DNA of 64,000 nucleotides from Orbicella franksi (Eukaryota): NCBI GenBank assembly GCA_964199315.1, contig OZ116702.1, positions 9,114,001 to 9,178,000 of the forward strand, read 5' to 3'. Shown piece by piece: positions 63,414 to 64,000 of this stretch (position 1 is its first letter; each line of letters starts with the position of its first letter). The notes under the pieces were generated by a model. It saw only the letters and a program-made list of their open reading frames with translations, ran no database searches and was not told where the DNA came from. The position numbers and the translations under genes were made by a program.

Positions 63414-63824
63414 TTAACACTCCGGCACGCCTTTCTTGCTATGTCGATTGTAAATAATCTGGTGTAACACGTCATAACGCACAAGCAACCCTCTGGTAAC
63501 GGCGAATGGATACAACTTCCTTTACTTCCTGTGCGATCACACCGGGCCCCTCCCCAGTCAGTCCGAAAGTTTTCTGAGCGATTACATTCCATTCCCAGCA
63601 GCCGCCCTCGAGTCCAATTGCATTGTAAGGTGAGTGGGGTAGAGTGGTTATGTTAAACTTTAAGCCCCTGTCACTTATCGCAACACCTGCAACTACAACA
63701 GGTACGATGATATCGAGAGGTCAGCTGCTGCTTTTCTTACTTGATTGTTGCTGAAGCAACGTAATGGTTCTCAGTTGTTCTTCATGAAGTTGTTTAAGAT
63801 TCTTTTCCTTCAACTCAGCTGCTT
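63414..63824 (-). pseudogene. GBP-like/S74 family copy 7: 5'-truncated C-terminal relic closely resembling copy 3
   Basis: The reverse complement aligns by eye to about 36690-37083 (AAELKEKNLKQLHEEQLRTITLLQQ..., SDRGLK at 63673-63675). It has TGA in place of the Trp codon, a 1-nt insertion and a deletion. Similarity ends abruptly at about 63824. Confidence 0.88.
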
Positions 63825-64000
63825 GCTTAGACTACGAGTAGTCCTTCCTTCCTTCCCGCTATCCCACCTTTTTTGCCTGGAAATTCCAATCCCCCGCCCC
63901 CCCCCCCCCCCCCACTTTTCAAAGACGTTTCTGTGTTAATTATTAATTTGTTAAATTAATAATTGATTTAATTATGAACACAGAAACTTTTAAAAATAGA

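Overview
Eukaryotic genomic DNA: AT-rich, spliceosomal GT-AG introns, one 130-N gap. It is most likely from a cnidarian (stony coral), inferred from the repeat content and gene repertoire. All domain calls come from motif recognition by eye; no searches were run. The left half has a single-coding-exon, RING-less TRIM-NHL gene (4073-6145) and a 22-exon SENP1/2-like SUMO protease that I reconstructed in frame (10808-28069). The right half (30.2-63.8 kb) is a repeat-rich tandem array of seven copies or relics of an unusual gene: signal peptide + GBP/atlastin-class GTPase + coiled coil + short hydrophobic tail + C-terminal peptidase S74 intramolecular-chaperone/autocleavage domain (SDxxLK Ser-Lys dyad). 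Two copies look fully intact (35404-37083, 45046-46740). One is a full-length pseudo-GTPase, one lacks the tail and S74, one has a nonsense codon in S74, and two are fragments. Interspersed are a pentraxin-domain pseudogene, a frameshift-hidden small secreted peptide gene, and many transposon relics (MULE-like, ISL2EU-like, Penelope-like, LINE, SINEs, MITEs). The secreted GBP-S74 family is the main candidate for an undescribed system.
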